Assembly (NCBI GenBank): GCA_964597145.1
Contig: CAZQWH010000004.1
Location: 195 to 64,194 of the forward strand
Length of the DNA: 64,000 nt
DNA from: an uncultured Candidatus Saccharibacteria bacterium
Lineage (GTDB): Bacteria; Patescibacteriota; CAZHWT01
Reading direction: 5' to 3'
Both the position numbers and the translations under genes were made by a program. The notes below the pieces were generated by a model. That model ran no database searches and was not told the origin of the DNA. It saw only the letters and a program-made list of their open reading frames with translations. Positions 49,888 to 61,300 of this stretch are shown piece by piece. Each line of letters begins with the position of its first letter. The first letter of the stretch is position 1.

Positions 49888-50583
49888 ATGCAGATGTATA
49901 ACATACAATCATGGACAGATACGGTCCTGCTCGCCTTATCTAACAGCCTATCCCAATTCCTTAACTTCCTGCCCAAGTTAGTTGGTGCAATTGTCATTTT
50001 TGTTATCGGCCTTTTAATTGCCAGTTTAATTAAAACCCTGGTTATGCGAGTTTTGACCATGGCTCAACTTGAGCCATTCGCTGAAAAAGTCGGGCTGAAC
50101 AAGATTTTACGTGGCATTGGCACATCAATTACCGCCCAAGAAGTGTTAGGAGAAATTATTCGGTGGGCAATTATCTTCATCTTCCTAGTTCCAGCTAGCG
50201 AAGTTCTAGGATTGCCACAGTTGTCAAGCCTCATAAACGGCTTGGTCGACTATATTCCAAACGTCATCGTTGCGGTAGTGGTGTTAATGGTAGGGGCTAT
50301 TTTGGCTGATATCTTAGGTGAATTAGTGAGTGGCACCTCGCATGCAATTGGTGCATCAACCGCTAATCTACTTGGCGCTATCGCTAAATACGCCGTTGTT
50401 GTCTTCTCGATCATGATCGCCTTGTCCGAACTCGGCATCGCCTCGACCATAATTAATACCCTAATTACTGGCTTTGTGGCAATGATTGCCTTAGCTGGAG
50501 GCTTGGCTTTCGGTCTAGGTGGCAAAGACACCGCGGCCGATATCTTGGATGCGATCAAGCGAAACCTTAAAAATAAGCACTAA
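49888..50583 (+). CDS. Conserved TM-helix repeat protein (CmpX/MscS-associated)
   Basis: Two LP/IP-x-(L/V)-x-x-A repeats; ALAGGLAFGLGGKD. Confidence 0.85.
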   Translation: MQMYNIQSWTDTVLLALSNSLSQFLNFLPKLVGAIVIFVIGLLIASLIKTLVMRVLTMAQLEPFAEKVGLNKILRGIGTSITAQEVLGEIIRWAIIFIFLVPASEVLGLPQLSSLINGLVDYIPNVIVAVVVLMVGAILADILGELVSGTSHAIGASTANLLGAIAKYAVVVFSIMIALSELGIASTIINTLITGFVAMIALAGGLAFGLGGKDTAADILDAIKRNLKNKH

Positions 50584-50638
50584 GCTAACGAGCTTAGGTC
50601 AAGCTTTCACATTGTGCCCCGGTTGATTGCAATCGGGG

Positions 50639-51190
50639 CTAGTGTGTGAGTGGTGGTTGGTAATACTCTAAGGCAGTAAATTCAGCCTGATGGACAACCA
50701 GGCCATGCTGGTCAAACAGTGGGCGAGAAGCAACCATCAAGTCTTCAGCTAAATCCCGAGTCAAAAGAGTGTTTGCCTGAAATAAAGCAATGGTTTGTCG
50801 TACAGACTGACGAACCAGTGGGCGAATCACCCGTTGGAGTGTATGGCGATTAAGTCTGGATAGCGTGGTTGTCGGCGCAGCCAGATTAATACCAATAACT
50901 ATAGTTCCTTGACTGGTGAATAAGTGGTGGTCATGACTAACCGCGGTAATTGGTTCATCTGTATATGGCGAACGTCTATTCTGGTTAGTAAAGTGGAATG
51001 GAATGGGAGTAGCCGCAACGTGGCAAATTGAAGTCAGCCATGGCCAATGCCAATACCATCCCGTCGTTAATTCCCGAGGTTTAATGGTGGTTCCAGGATG
51101 AAGCAAAAAAGCCCGATGACCCGCGGGAACATGCACCAGTGGTTGCCAAACGTGGTCAAAAATAATCTGAGACGACTTGGTTGAATTCAT
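50639..51190 (-). CDS. SPFH/band-7-like hypothetical protein
   Basis: HVPAGHRA..GWYWHWPW..ITAVSHD..VIRPLVRQSVR. Confidence 0.55.
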   Translation of the reverse strand: MNSTKSSQIIFDHVWQPLVHVPAGHRAFLLHPGTTIKPRELTTGWYWHWPWLTSICHVAATPIPFHFTNQNRRSPYTDEPITAVSHDHHLFTSQGTIVIGINLAAPTTTLSRLNRHTLQRVIRPLVRQSVRQTIALFQANTLLTRDLAEDLMVASRPLFDQHGLVVHQAEFTALEYYQPPLTH

Positions 51191-51894
51191 GCTACCGACT
51201 TCTTCTGTCGCATACCAGCGAAAAACTGTAACAAAAATCTAATATACAAGCTTACCCCTAGTGCAGCCGCTAATATAATCGATAATGCGCTGGGAAGCCA
51301 GAAAATAAGAAAGTAAATAAATAGCGGTAAAATAACGGCATACCAACGATCAATAAAACTGGTTAGAAACTGCTGAGCTTTGTATGACTGTCTCAATTCA
51401 AAAAACAGTAGTATTGCCGGGATCAGACTAAGCGAAGGTGAGGAGTAACCCAGATTAATTGATCCAATTGAATGACTAAAGTCGGTTGGGGCTGTAACAA
51501 AGTTATACAGTAAGTCGGGGTGGAGCTCCTGCCAGTACTGAGAAAAAACCGGAAACAGGTAGGCGAGGATGGCGGCTAAACCGGCCAAAAAAATCGACTC
51601 GCTTTGAAATCTGATCTGCTTTTTACGGAGCAGTTTCATTATTTGTTCCTGCTGTTTTTCAACATCTGGCTCGTTGGTTTGAATTGCTTCAATTTGGCTC
51701 TGTAGTTGCTGGGTGCGGATTTGATCGAAGTAACCAGTAATCATCAGGGGTAAAAAAATAATAGCCGCCAGGATCCCAATCGCCAGCGCGGTTGTCACTG
51801 GCTGGTTTTGCCCCAGGGTAGTGTATAGGCCAATCACCAAATTATATCCTGGCTGAACCACTGCTAAGTTAAATAATTGATCTGCTATATTCAT
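51187..51894 (-). CDS. Divergent YidC/Oxa1-like membrane protein
   Basis: QPGYNL..LPL..LQSQIEAIQ..QQEQIMKL coiled hairpin; C-terminal LPSALSI. Confidence 0.6.
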   Translation of the reverse strand: MNIADQLFNLAVVQPGYNLVIGLYTTLGQNQPVTTALAIGILAAIIFLPLMITGYFDQIRTQQLQSQIEAIQTNEPDVEKQQEQIMKLLRKKQIRFQSESIFLAGLAAILAYLFPVFSQYWQELHPDLLYNFVTAPTDFSHSIGSINLGYSSPSLSLIPAILLFFELRQSYKAQQFLTSFIDRWYAVILPLFIYFLIFWLPSALSIILAAALGVSLYIRFLLQFFAGMRQKKSVA

Positions 51895-52127
51895 AGGCTG
51901 TGCAAGCTGCTTGCTTCAGTCAGTATTATAAAGCAAGTCGGCAAGTTTGCGAGCAGTAAGTATAAAAGTGAATAAGAAGTCGACATATGCGAATAATTCC
52001 CTGCCATGCATCCTATTCTGGCAGCAAAAGAGTAGGCTACGCAATTCTTACTCGGAATACCAACGCATCACGTGCTGCTCTATACAGCAACGCTGCATCA
52101 CTCTGTTACCCGTCAAGCTATAACTAC

Positions 52128-52156
52128 TTGACGAGCTAAGAGGCTACAGATATAAT
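52128..52156 (+). promoter_or_regulatory. Promoter of the atp operon
   Basis: TTGACG-N17-TATAAT. Confidence 0.75.
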
Positions 52157-52212
52157 ACAGCCGATTTGCATCTACATTTCAACCGTAAAACATTTGAAAA
52201 GGAGTTGTCTGT

Positions 52213-52947
52213 TTGGCCCAAGAATTAGCCTTGAGCGGCGCCCAATTGGGCGTACTACCCATTACTAATACAGTATTGACCGGCATCCTAGTTGCCGGTG
52301 GCATTGTGGGCGTAGCTCATCTAGCAACTCGAAAAATGCAACTAGTACCCTCCGGTCTCCAAAATGGCGCGGAGATGGTAGTAGAATTTATATATAACCT
52401 CATTGCCTCGGTAGAAGCGGACCGTCGCAAAGTTAACCTATTCTTTCCCTTCGTTGTTACATTCTTTATCTATATCGTCGTGGCAAATTATGCTGGATTA
52501 TTACCTGGAGTAGGAACGATTGGGTTTTTTGAACATGGCCATTTAACTCCGTTGCTCCGGGCTCCCATGAGCGACTTAAACACCACTTTGGCTTTGGCCC
52601 TATTCTCGGTTATAACCGCCCATGTCTTATCGGTAATGGAGCAAGGAATAAAGGGTTACTTGGCAATTTGGTTTAGCCTTAACCCAATTCTGTTGTTTGT
52701 CGGCTTACTGGAGCTAATTAGTGAGGTTACCAAGGTCATTTCCCTTTCCTTTCGGTTATTTGGTAACATATTCGCAGGCGAGACGGTGTTAGAAGTCATC
52801 GGACACACCTTTTCCCCGTTTGTGGCAACGCTACCGTTCCTTGGTCTTGAGTTGATCGTGGGGTTTGCTCAAGCCCTCGTTTTTGCCATGTTAACGCTAG
52901 CCTCGTTTGTAATACTTACGATGAATCATGAGTCGGATGCACATTAA
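52213..52947 (+). CDS. atpB: ATP synthase subunit a
   Basis: PSGLQN, SLSFRLFGNIFAGE, QALVF; TTG start with SD AAGGAG. Confidence 0.96.
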   Translation: MAQELALSGAQLGVLPITNTVLTGILVAGGIVGVAHLATRKMQLVPSGLQNGAEMVVEFIYNLIASVEADRRKVNLFFPFVVTFFIYIVVANYAGLLPGVGTIGFFEHGHLTPLLRAPMSDLNTTLALALFSVITAHVLSVMEQGIKGYLAIWFSLNPILLFVGLLELISEVTKVISLSFRLFGNIFAGETVLEVIGHTFSPFVATLPFLGLELIVGFAQALVFAMLTLASFVILTMNHESDAH

Positions 52948-53083
52948 GCCATTGGTGCATTGGAAGCATCTCTGTGGCGAAACTCTTAGCCTGCAGACAC
53001 GGTAGTAGATATCTTATACAGTCTCTGCTCGTAGGCTCTGTTTCTGTTTGGGCTGCCAACACATGGTTAGACTATGACGATAA

Positions 53084-53329
<246 letters not shown>

Positions 53330-53352
53330 TTAAGACAGAAAAAGGTACGTAC

Positions 53353-53868
53353 ATGGATATTATTTCTTCGGTAAGCTCTCTGCTTGGAAATTTCGGTGTT
53401 AACTGGGCTAGTTTTCTTGGCCAATTAACCACATTTGTCATTCTATTAGTGTTATTGCGATTAATTCTCTACAAGCCCATGCTGGCAATGTTAGAGGAGC
53501 GTAAAGCTCGTATAGCCCAAGGCCTCAAAGACGCGGATCAGGCCGCGAAAGCTCGGGCCGAGTCCGAGCGGCAGGCAGCCGCCCAGCTAAAAGAAGCGAC
53601 CGCTAAGGCAGAGAGCTTGCTCGAAGAGAGCCGCAAGGCAGCCGAGCGACTCAAGTCCGAAGTTATGAACCAAACCCAAGTTGAAATTGAGCGTGTTAAA
53701 CAGGCTCAGCAAGATCAGTTGGCCCAAATGAAGTCAGAAATGATGCGCGAAGTCAAATCTGAGGTAGCCGACCTCATAGTTACAACAACCAAAAAAGTAC
53801 TTAACCAAGAGTTAACTGGGGCGGAACAAAAGAAAATTGCCGATCGGGCGGTTAAGGAGTTGCACTAA
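53353..53868 (+). CDS. atpF: ATP synthase subunit b
   Basis: TM, YKP..LEERK..I, long coiled coil. Confidence 0.95.
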   Translation: MDIISSVSSLLGNFGVNWASFLGQLTTFVILLVLLRLILYKPMLAMLEERKARIAQGLKDADQAAKARAESERQAAAQLKEATAKAESLLEESRKAAERLKSEVMNQTQVEIERVKQAQQDQLAQMKSEMMREVKSEVADLIVTTTKKVLNQELTGAEQKKIADRAVKELH

Positions 53869-54266
53869 TGGCCAGTGCCCTAGTTGTAGCCAAGGCTCAG
53901 GCATTAGTGTCCCTGGTCACCACCACCGACGGAGTCATAGATCCAGATAAACTCCAAGCAGTCGTTCACGAACTCCTGAACACTAACCACAAGTCAAAGC
54001 GGGACATTGCCCGTCAGCTAGCTATTGAAGCGGAAAAAATACAAACACAGCAGTTAGCCGAGGTCGCCTCGGCGGTGGTATTACCTAAATCCACTCAACA
54101 AGCTTTAGTTAATGCGATTCGTCGTCGTCACCCTCAGGTTAAACAGTTTGTCTGGCAGGTTAATCCAGACCTACTTGGCGGTTTCACCATCCGTGTGGCC
54201 GACACCTGGTACGATACCACCCTAGCAACCGATTTGAAAACCATTAGACAGCAGTTATCCACATAA
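53868..54266 (+). CDS. atpH: ATP synthase subunit delta (short form)
   Basis: VASA..VNPDLLGGFTIRVAD..D; operon position. Confidence 0.88.
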   Translation: MASALVVAKAQALVSLVTTTDGVIDPDKLQAVVHELLNTNHKSKRDIARQLAIEAEKIQTQQLAEVASAVVLPKSTQQALVNAIRRRHPQVKQFVWQVNPDLLGGFTIRVADTWYDTTLATDLKTIRQQLST

Positions 54267-54281
54267 AGGGGTCTTTATTAA

Positions 54282-55859
54282 ATGAATTCTCAATCCTTCA
54301 GCACCGTAATCGAGCAAGAAATTGCCAAAATTGATTTAAAACATACCGCCAAAAACGTTGGTACTGTCATCAAAGTTATGGATGGCATTGTGATTGCCCG
54401 AGGTTTATCGGGGGCACAAATGGGAGAATTAGTTTCGTTTGCGAACGGCGTAAAAGGTCTAGTCCTTAACCTCGAATCCGACCAAATCGGCATAATTGTA
54501 TTGGGCGACTATACCGCTATCGAGGAGGGCGACACCATCCAAACCAGCGGGCAAGCATTAGCAATCGAAGTAAATAATGCAATTTTAGGCCGCGTCGTCA
54601 GTCCACTGGGCGAAGTTTTAGATGGCAAAGGAGCCATATCCGGTAAAAAAACGCTTATGCCAATCGAAAATTTGGCTCCCGGGGTTGTGGAGCGTCAATC
54701 GGTGGGCACCCCGGTTCAAACCGGCATCCTATCGGTCGATGCGGCCATTCCAGTTGGACGCGGACAACGGGAGCTAATTATTGGTGACCGCAGTACGGGC
54801 AAGACCGCTTTAGCTTTAGATACTATTTTGGCACAAAAAGGTCAAGATCTACTGTGCATTTACGTCGCCATTGGTCAAAAAAGCTCTAAAATTGCCCAAG
54901 TCGTATCCCAATTGGAAAAGAGTGGGGCTTTAGAATATACCGTCGTCGTTTCAGCCAGTGCTTCAGACGCGGCTGCGATGCAATATCTCGCGCCATATGC
55001 CGGAGCGGCAATTGGTGAGTATTTTATGCACCAAGGCAAAGACGCCTTAGTTGTCTACGACGATTTAACCAAACACGCCTGGGCCTATCGCCAGCTGTCA
55101 TTGGTATTGCGTCGCCCTCCGGGACGTGAAGCCTATCCTGGTGATGTCTTTTACCTGCACTCCCGATTATTGGAGCGGGCAGCCCGAATGAGTGATGAAC
55201 GGGGCGGCGGGTCTTTAACAGCCCTACCAGTGATCGAAACACAGGCTGGTGATATTTCGGCCTACATTCCAACCAATGTTATCTCAATTACCGATGGTCA
55301 AATCTTTCTCGAGACCGATCTGTTTAACGCTGGCATCCGGCCTGCAGTTAACATGGGGCAGTCAGTATCCCGGGTAGGCACTGCTGCTCAAACCAAAGCC
55401 ATGAAACAGGTAGCTGGCAAATTGAAGTTAGACTTAGCTCAGTACCGCGAGTTGGCCGCCTTCGCCCAGTTTGGCTCAGATTTGGATCCTAAAACTCAGG
55501 CTACGATCGATCGAGGTGCTCGCATCACTGAGATGCTCAAACAGCCTCAGTATCAACCGCTACCTTTAGCCGAAGAAGTGATGGTGCTCTATGCGGTGAC
55601 TAATGGGTTTGTTGATGAACTTCCGGTGGCCACCATTGGCGATTTTAAAGTCAAACTATTAAGCATGTTGCGGGCGACTCAACCTAAGTTGCTCCAGGAA
55701 ATTACCACCAAAAAAGCTTTAGACGAGTCGCTCGAAGCTAAGGTCAAGCAAGTCTTGGCAGATTTCGTCAAAGGATACACGCCAGTATCGCAAGATAGCA
55801 CGTATCAAACTGCAGATAATGAAAAAGAATTGAAGCAATCGATTAAGGAGTCTAAGTAG
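54282..55859 (+). CDS. atpA: ATP synthase subunit alpha
   Basis: [29 protein letters not shown]. Confidence 0.99.
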   Translation: MNSQSFSTVIEQEIAKIDLKHTAKNVGTVIKVMDGIVIARGLSGAQMGELVSFANGVKGLVLNLESDQIGIIVLGDYTAIEEGDTIQTSGQALAIEVNNAILGRVVSPLGEVLDGKGAISGKKTLMPIENLAPGVVERQSVGTPVQTGILSVDAAIPVGRGQRELIIGDRSTGKTALALDTILAQKGQDLLCIYVAIGQKSSKIAQVVSQLEKSGALEYTVVVSASASDAAAMQYLAPYAGAAIGEYFMHQGKDALVVYDDLTKHAWAYRQLSLVLRRPPGREAYPGDVFYLHSRLLERAARMSDERGGGSLTALPVIETQAGDISAYIPTNVISITDGQIFLETDLFNAGIRPAVNMGQSVSRVGTAAQTKAMKQVAGKLKLDLAQYRELAAFAQFGSDLDPKTQATIDRGARITEMLKQPQYQPLPLAEEVMVLYAVTNGFVDELPVATIGDFKVKLLSMLRATQPKLLQEITTKKALDESLEAKVKQVLADFVKGYTPVSQDSTYQTADNEKELKQSIKESK

Positions 55860-55896
55860 ATAGGTAGGAGTTTAGGAGTAAAAGGTAGTATTTTTT

Positions 55897-56784
55897 ATGG
55901 CAAGCACACGTGAGATACGGCGACGAATACGATCGGTTAAAAATATTGGCCAAATTACCCGGGCTATGGAGCTAGTGGCAGCTGCCAAAATGCGCCGGGC
56001 TCAAGAAGCAGCCCTAGCTGGTCGGAAGTACAACGACACCATGTATGCCATGTTGGCTAATATGTTGGGCCGAGTAGATGTTTCTAGCCACAACTTACTC
56101 CAACAGCCCAACCAAACTACTAATGGCAGTCAACCGCTGGTAGTAGTGTTTGGCCCAGATAAAGGGTTAAGCGGCGCGCTACCAACTAACTTGGTACGTG
56201 AGGTTGGACGGTTTATGCAAACCAACCCCAATCTCCGCCTGGTAACTATGGGCAAGCGTACCCGAGATGGCTTAATTAAATTAAAAGGTGAGGTGGTGGC
56301 GGACTTTCCACTCCAGGAGCGACCACGTTTGCGTGACATCCTGGCTCTTACCCGGTTTGTCTTAGATGAATTTAAGGCTGGCCGGTGTAGCGAGGTATTA
56401 ATTGCCAACACTAAGTTTATCTCAACCATGCAGCAGCAACCTAAGCTCAGTCAACTGCTGCCGCTATCGCCAGAGTTACTCCAAGTGGACTACTTAGCCC
56501 AAGAGGTTAGAGATAGGGATACAGATGAATCGGCCGACTTTTTGTTTGAACCAGGTGTGGACGCCATTTTAGACCAATTACTACCTCGATTTGTCGAAAT
56601 GACCGTGTATCAGGCATTATTAGAAGCTTTTGCCTCACAATATTCAGCCCAAATGATGGCCATGCGCAGTGCTGGTGATAATGCCAAAGAATTACAAGAT
56701 GAGTTAACCTTAACTTACAACCAATTACGTCAGGCATCCATTACCGCAGAACTGGCCGAAATTGCCGCTGGGGCGGGTGGTTAG
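55897..56784 (+). CDS. atpG: ATP synthase subunit gamma
   Basis: ITRAMELVAAAK, DKGL, RQASITAEL. Confidence 0.98.
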   Translation: MASTREIRRRIRSVKNIGQITRAMELVAAAKMRRAQEAALAGRKYNDTMYAMLANMLGRVDVSSHNLLQQPNQTTNGSQPLVVVFGPDKGLSGALPTNLVREVGRFMQTNPNLRLVTMGKRTRDGLIKLKGEVVADFPLQERPRLRDILALTRFVLDEFKAGRCSEVLIANTKFISTMQQQPKLSQLLPLSPELLQVDYLAQEVRDRDTDESADFLFEPGVDAILDQLLPRFVEMTVYQALLEAFASQYSAQMMAMRSAGDNAKELQDELTLTYNQLRQASITAELAEIAAGAGG

Positions 56785-56798
56785 CAGATTTTAATTAA

Positions 56799-58187
<1,389 letters not shown>

Positions 58188-58200
58188 CTAACCGCTCGTC

Positions 58201-58310
58201 CGTCATCCTTGGGCTTGACCCGAGGATCTGATTCCGTCATTCTGGAGGGCTTAGCCCGATAGAATCCCGACAAAGAGATCCTATCGCCAACAAGTGGCTC
58301 CAGGATGACG
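58201..58310. repeat. Three CGTC-type REP-like units between atpD and atpC
   Basis: CGTCATCC..GGATCT; CGTCATTCTGGAG..GATAGAATC; AGATCCTATCG..CTCCAGGATGACG. Confidence 0.85.
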
Positions 58311-58327
58311 CAGGATTAAAGGTGTAA

Positions 58328-58456
58328 AATTAGAATAGTGAAATTCTAAATTAGAAACAATAACGAAACTAGAATAATAAAATATCTCAACGTTTAAAGT
58401 TTCCGATTTTAGGTCTCCCATTTGTTTCGAGTTTCGATAGTATTTATTTAAGATTT
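58328..58456. repeat. Inverted heptamer-array element with no ORF
   Basis: Left arm AAATTAG AATAGTG AAATTCT AAATTAG AAACAAT; right arm ..TTTGTTT CGAGTTT CGATAGT..AAGATTT. Confidence 0.65.
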
Positions 58457-58466
58457 GAGCAATATT

Positions 58467-58889
58467 ATGGCTAAACTACAAGTAGAAATTGTCACCCAAG
58501 AAGAACAAATCTTAGCTGGTACCGCCAGCCAAGTAAGCTTGCCCGGAGCTACTGGGGAGCTAACCATTTTGCCCAATCACCGAGCCCTAACCTCAACCAT
58601 GAAGGCCGGAGAAATCCACGTGGTGCTGGAAAACGGCCAAGACAAGCGGGTGGTAGTTAGCCCCGGCTTTATCCAGGTTACCAATAATATCGTCACCATT
58701 TTAGCCGATTCCGCCGTGCGCGAAGAAGAATTAGACGAGCAAAAAGCTCTAGAGGCTAAAGCCGCCGCCGAAGCCGCTATAGAAAACATGGAATCATCCT
58801 CCGAAGTCGCCATGACCCTCGGCACCATCGAACGAACCCTCATGGAACTCCAGGCCATTAAGCGCCGCCCCAAACACCGAGCGCATTAA
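58467..58889 (+). CDS. atpC: ATP synthase subunit epsilon
   Basis: LQVEIVT, PGATGELTILPNH, GFIQV..VTILAD. Confidence 0.96.
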   Translation: MAKLQVEIVTQEEQILAGTASQVSLPGATGELTILPNHRALTSTMKAGEIHVVLENGQDKRVVVSPGFIQVTNNIVTILADSAVREEELDEQKALEAKAAAEAAIENMESSSEVAMTLGTIERTLMELQAIKRRPKHRAH

Positions 58890-59266
58890 TCTGCCGTAGT
58901 GATACACCACATCAACATTGGCCGACCAAGTTAAAAGAAAATACCTCAGCGCAAGCTGGAGTTATTCTTGTGGCGTGGAAGCTAATTGAAGCTACCATGA
59001 AGCAGCGTGGAGAGATTGTGTCAGCAGCCAAAGGTTGTTATATCCTGGGGGAGGGTGCACATGCAATGCTTTTCCACAGAAGTAATATCCATGATTTAGT
59101 ACTTATGTATCATAGGTAGTTATAGTGTGGTCTATGGGGAATTTAAACAGGCAGGCAAGAAGTTTTAATCATAGAGATCTGTGAAAGATGTCTATTTCTG
59201 GCCAACTTAATGGTTTTGTGGCAACTGGTATACGTATGTTATAGCATCTCAAAATCTTTACTGCAT

Positions 59267-59295
59267 TGACAAATCTAGGACATTTTGCTATAGAG
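59267..59295 (+). promoter_or_regulatory. Promoter of the small-ORF cassette
   Basis: TTGACA-N17-TATAGA with extended TG. Confidence 0.6.
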
Positions 59296-59512
59296 TGACT
59301 AGCTTATTCGCTCACGCAATGAAAGGAGAGATGGTCGTATTCATTTGGAAGGGTGGCGCAAAAGGCAAGAACCGATTACGAGCAAGAGAATCTGTCTTTG
59401 CGTCGGTGATATAGCTCACCTTAGCTATATCTATTACGGTTTAGGCGCATGGGTAAGGCTTAGCCAGCCAATACAGGCAAGCCACTGCGTCATCATGAAA
59501 GGATCCCCGATC

Positions 59513-59578
59513 ATGCTAGGGGTCATCATCCTGATAATCGTAATCATCCTGGTGGTGGGAATTATTACCTCGGCATAG
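59513..59578 (+). CDS. 21-aa hydrophobic peptide MLGVIILIIVIILVVGIITSA
   Basis: SD GAAAGGA; immediately followed by a terminator. Confidence 0.5.
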   Translation: MLGVIILIIVIILVVGIITSA

Positions 59579-59589
59579 GCCATCACCAC

Positions 59590-59627
59590 ATGCCCCGTCT
59601 TCAATTATGAAGACGGGGCATCTTTTT
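59590..59627 (+). terminator. Intrinsic terminator
   Basis: ATGCCCCGTCTTCA-ATTA-TGAAGACGGGGCAT followed by CTTTTT. Confidence 0.9.
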
Positions 59628-59651
59628 GCACGACACACTATACTGAAACGA

Positions 59652-60224
59652 TTAATTTCGTCCCTTAGATACAATAACCGCGTTGCAGATCAGAGCCAGG
59701 CCGACGCCGATCATGGTGCCAACACCAAAACCAATTAAGGTATCCTGCCAACCACCAGTCATAAAGGCATTTTTGCCGCCACTCAGCAAAAAGCCAACTA
59801 AGGCGCCTAGCACCATACCAATAACGGTTAATCCGCCATAATATAGTCCAATCACCTCTTGCTCAGCAGGGTCCATGTTTAAGTAATATTCTAAAAATCG
59901 GGCGTTCATATCGGCGTACTGGTTGGTATCTTGACGAGTTAAAGCCTCTTTAGCTTTGGCAAACGCCTCAGCTTCGGTTGAACCTTGGGCAATTAGGTCA
60001 TTCATATAATCTGCCATATACACGACTAAGTCATTGCGGGCCTCTTGGGTTTGTTTTGAGCTAGGTCTAAACTTGGCCAATTCCTTACGCAGGCTATGCT
60101 TAGCATTAGTGGTGTTTTTCTTAAGCTGCTCTAAGTAGGTCATTTCGGCAGCTTCGATATAGTGTTGGGATTGTTCTTCGGCAAATTCCTGAATTTTTTG
60201 ATGTGTTTCCTGGCTGAGGCTCAT
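59652..60224 (-). CDS. PadR-associated membrane protein (HAAS / permease-prefix-like)
   Basis: DL..YM.DLIAQG.TEAEAF.KA segment followed by two TMs; overlaps the padR stop. Confidence 0.7.
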   Translation of the reverse strand: MSLSQETHQKIQEFAEEQSQHYIEAAEMTYLEQLKKNTTNAKHSLRKELAKFRPSSKQTQEARNDLVVYMADYMNDLIAQGSTEAEAFAKAKEALTRQDTNQYADMNARFLEYYLNMDPAEQEVIGLYYGGLTVIGMVLGALVGFLLSGGKNAFMTGGWQDTLIGFGVGTMIGVGLALICNAVIVSKGRN

Positions 60225-60556
60225 GATAATTTCCTTTCATTATTTCTTAAAATAGTAGTTCGCTCGTTGAGGAAGTCCCACTTGGCCCAAATAGTGACTA
60301 ATTCTTCGTGCCCTTTGGGGCTTAAGCTATAAAACTTCCTGGGGGGTCCAATTTCGGATGGCTTTTTAACGATAGTAACCAGGTGGTTCCGTTCTAAACG
60401 CACCAGTAGGGCGTACACTGTGCCTTCGGCGATGCCCTCAAACCCAAGCGCATTTAACCGCTTCACAATTTCGTAACCGTAGATTTCTTCCTGGCTAATT
60501 ACCTCGAGCACCACACCTTCCAGTACCCCTTTGAGCATTTCGCTCATATTCTCCAT
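60221..60556 (-). CDS. PadR family transcriptional regulator
   Basis: MLKGVLE, YGYEI, EGTVY..L.RLE, GPPRKFY.L; SD GGAGG. Confidence 0.95.
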   Translation of the reverse strand: MENMSEMLKGVLEGVVLEVISQEEIYGYEIVKRLNALGFEGIAEGTVYALLVRLERNHLVTIVKKPSEIGPPRKFYSLSPKGHEELVTIWAKWDFLNERTTILRNNERKLS

Positions 60557-60585
60557 AAATAACAACCTCCCAGCAAATCTAACGA

Positions 60586-60679
60586 GTCATCCTGGAGTGA
60601 ATTCAAATTTATTTGAAGTAACGATAGGATCTCTTGCAATAATTGCGAAGATGCTAGCGTTTTCAGCTCCAGCATTACG
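60586..60679. repeat. CGTC-type REP-like inverted pair in the padR leader
   Basis: GTCATCCTGGAG..CGATAGGATCT followed by AGATGCTAGCG..CTCCAGCATTACG. Confidence 0.75.
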
Positions 60680-60717
60680 ATGTAGTATCTTATGGTACAT
60701 AGTTTAATTAGGTACCA

Positions 60718-60750
60718 CTACATAATAATGTAGAGTAGTAAAATTGTCAA
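60718..60750 (-). promoter_or_regulatory. padR promoter with overlapping inverted repeat (candidate operator)
   Basis: TTGACA-N17-TATTAT; CTACAT-AATA-ATGTAG overlaps the -10. Confidence 0.65.
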
Positions 60751-60850
60751 CAGTGTATAAAAAAAATCGAAAATGGAGTTTTGAGACGAGTTCTATATCG
60801 TTTAGCCTCTACAAAATAAGGTACCCCACCTGTCAGGTAGGGTACGAACA

Positions 60851-60943
60851 TCAAAAAAGCGTAAGGCTTAAGATGTATATGGTAGCGGCCAGTACCACAA
60901 CAACCACCGCCAGAATCAGGTAGAGTTTTTCAAACCCGTCCAT
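60851..60943 (-). CDS. 30-aa single-TM peptide
   Basis: MDGFEKLYLILAVVVVVLAATIYILSLTLF; SD AAGGAG; hairpin at 60821-60845 downstream. Confidence 0.6.
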   Translation of the reverse strand: MDGFEKLYLILAVVVVVLAATIYILSLTLF

Positions 60944-61008
60944 TAGGCCTCTCCTTGGTGGGTAGATTGCGAGCTGAGTCTGTGCCGGCTCAGCTCGCTG
61001 GTATGGTT

Positions 61009-61152
61009 TTAGGCTGCTTGCGCAAGCCAAATCAACAAGGCGATGATGCCCACCAGCACGACTATCGTGCCAATGATGTTCACCAGCATAATCCCACGGG
61101 CAGTCTTTCGTGCCCGTCGCCGAAACGTTGATTCTTGGTCTGTATTGCCCAT
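61009..61152 (-). CDS. 47-aa single-TM peptide
   Basis: MGNTDQESTFRRRARK plus a TM; SD AAGGGAG; TTGACT-N17-TATAAC promoter. Confidence 0.6.
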   Translation of the reverse strand: MGNTDQESTFRRRARKTARGIMLVNIIGTIVVLVGIIALLIWLAQAA

Positions 61153-61300
61153 ATGTCTCCCTTTCGAGCAAAAACGTACGGTTGCACTGCAAATTTGCAG
61201 CCGGTGGGTTATATCATAACAGATAGAATGAGTCAACAATATGTACATTGGGCATGTTTTGATCGTTGACTAATGGTGACTAAGAGTTCTAAATAAAGAT

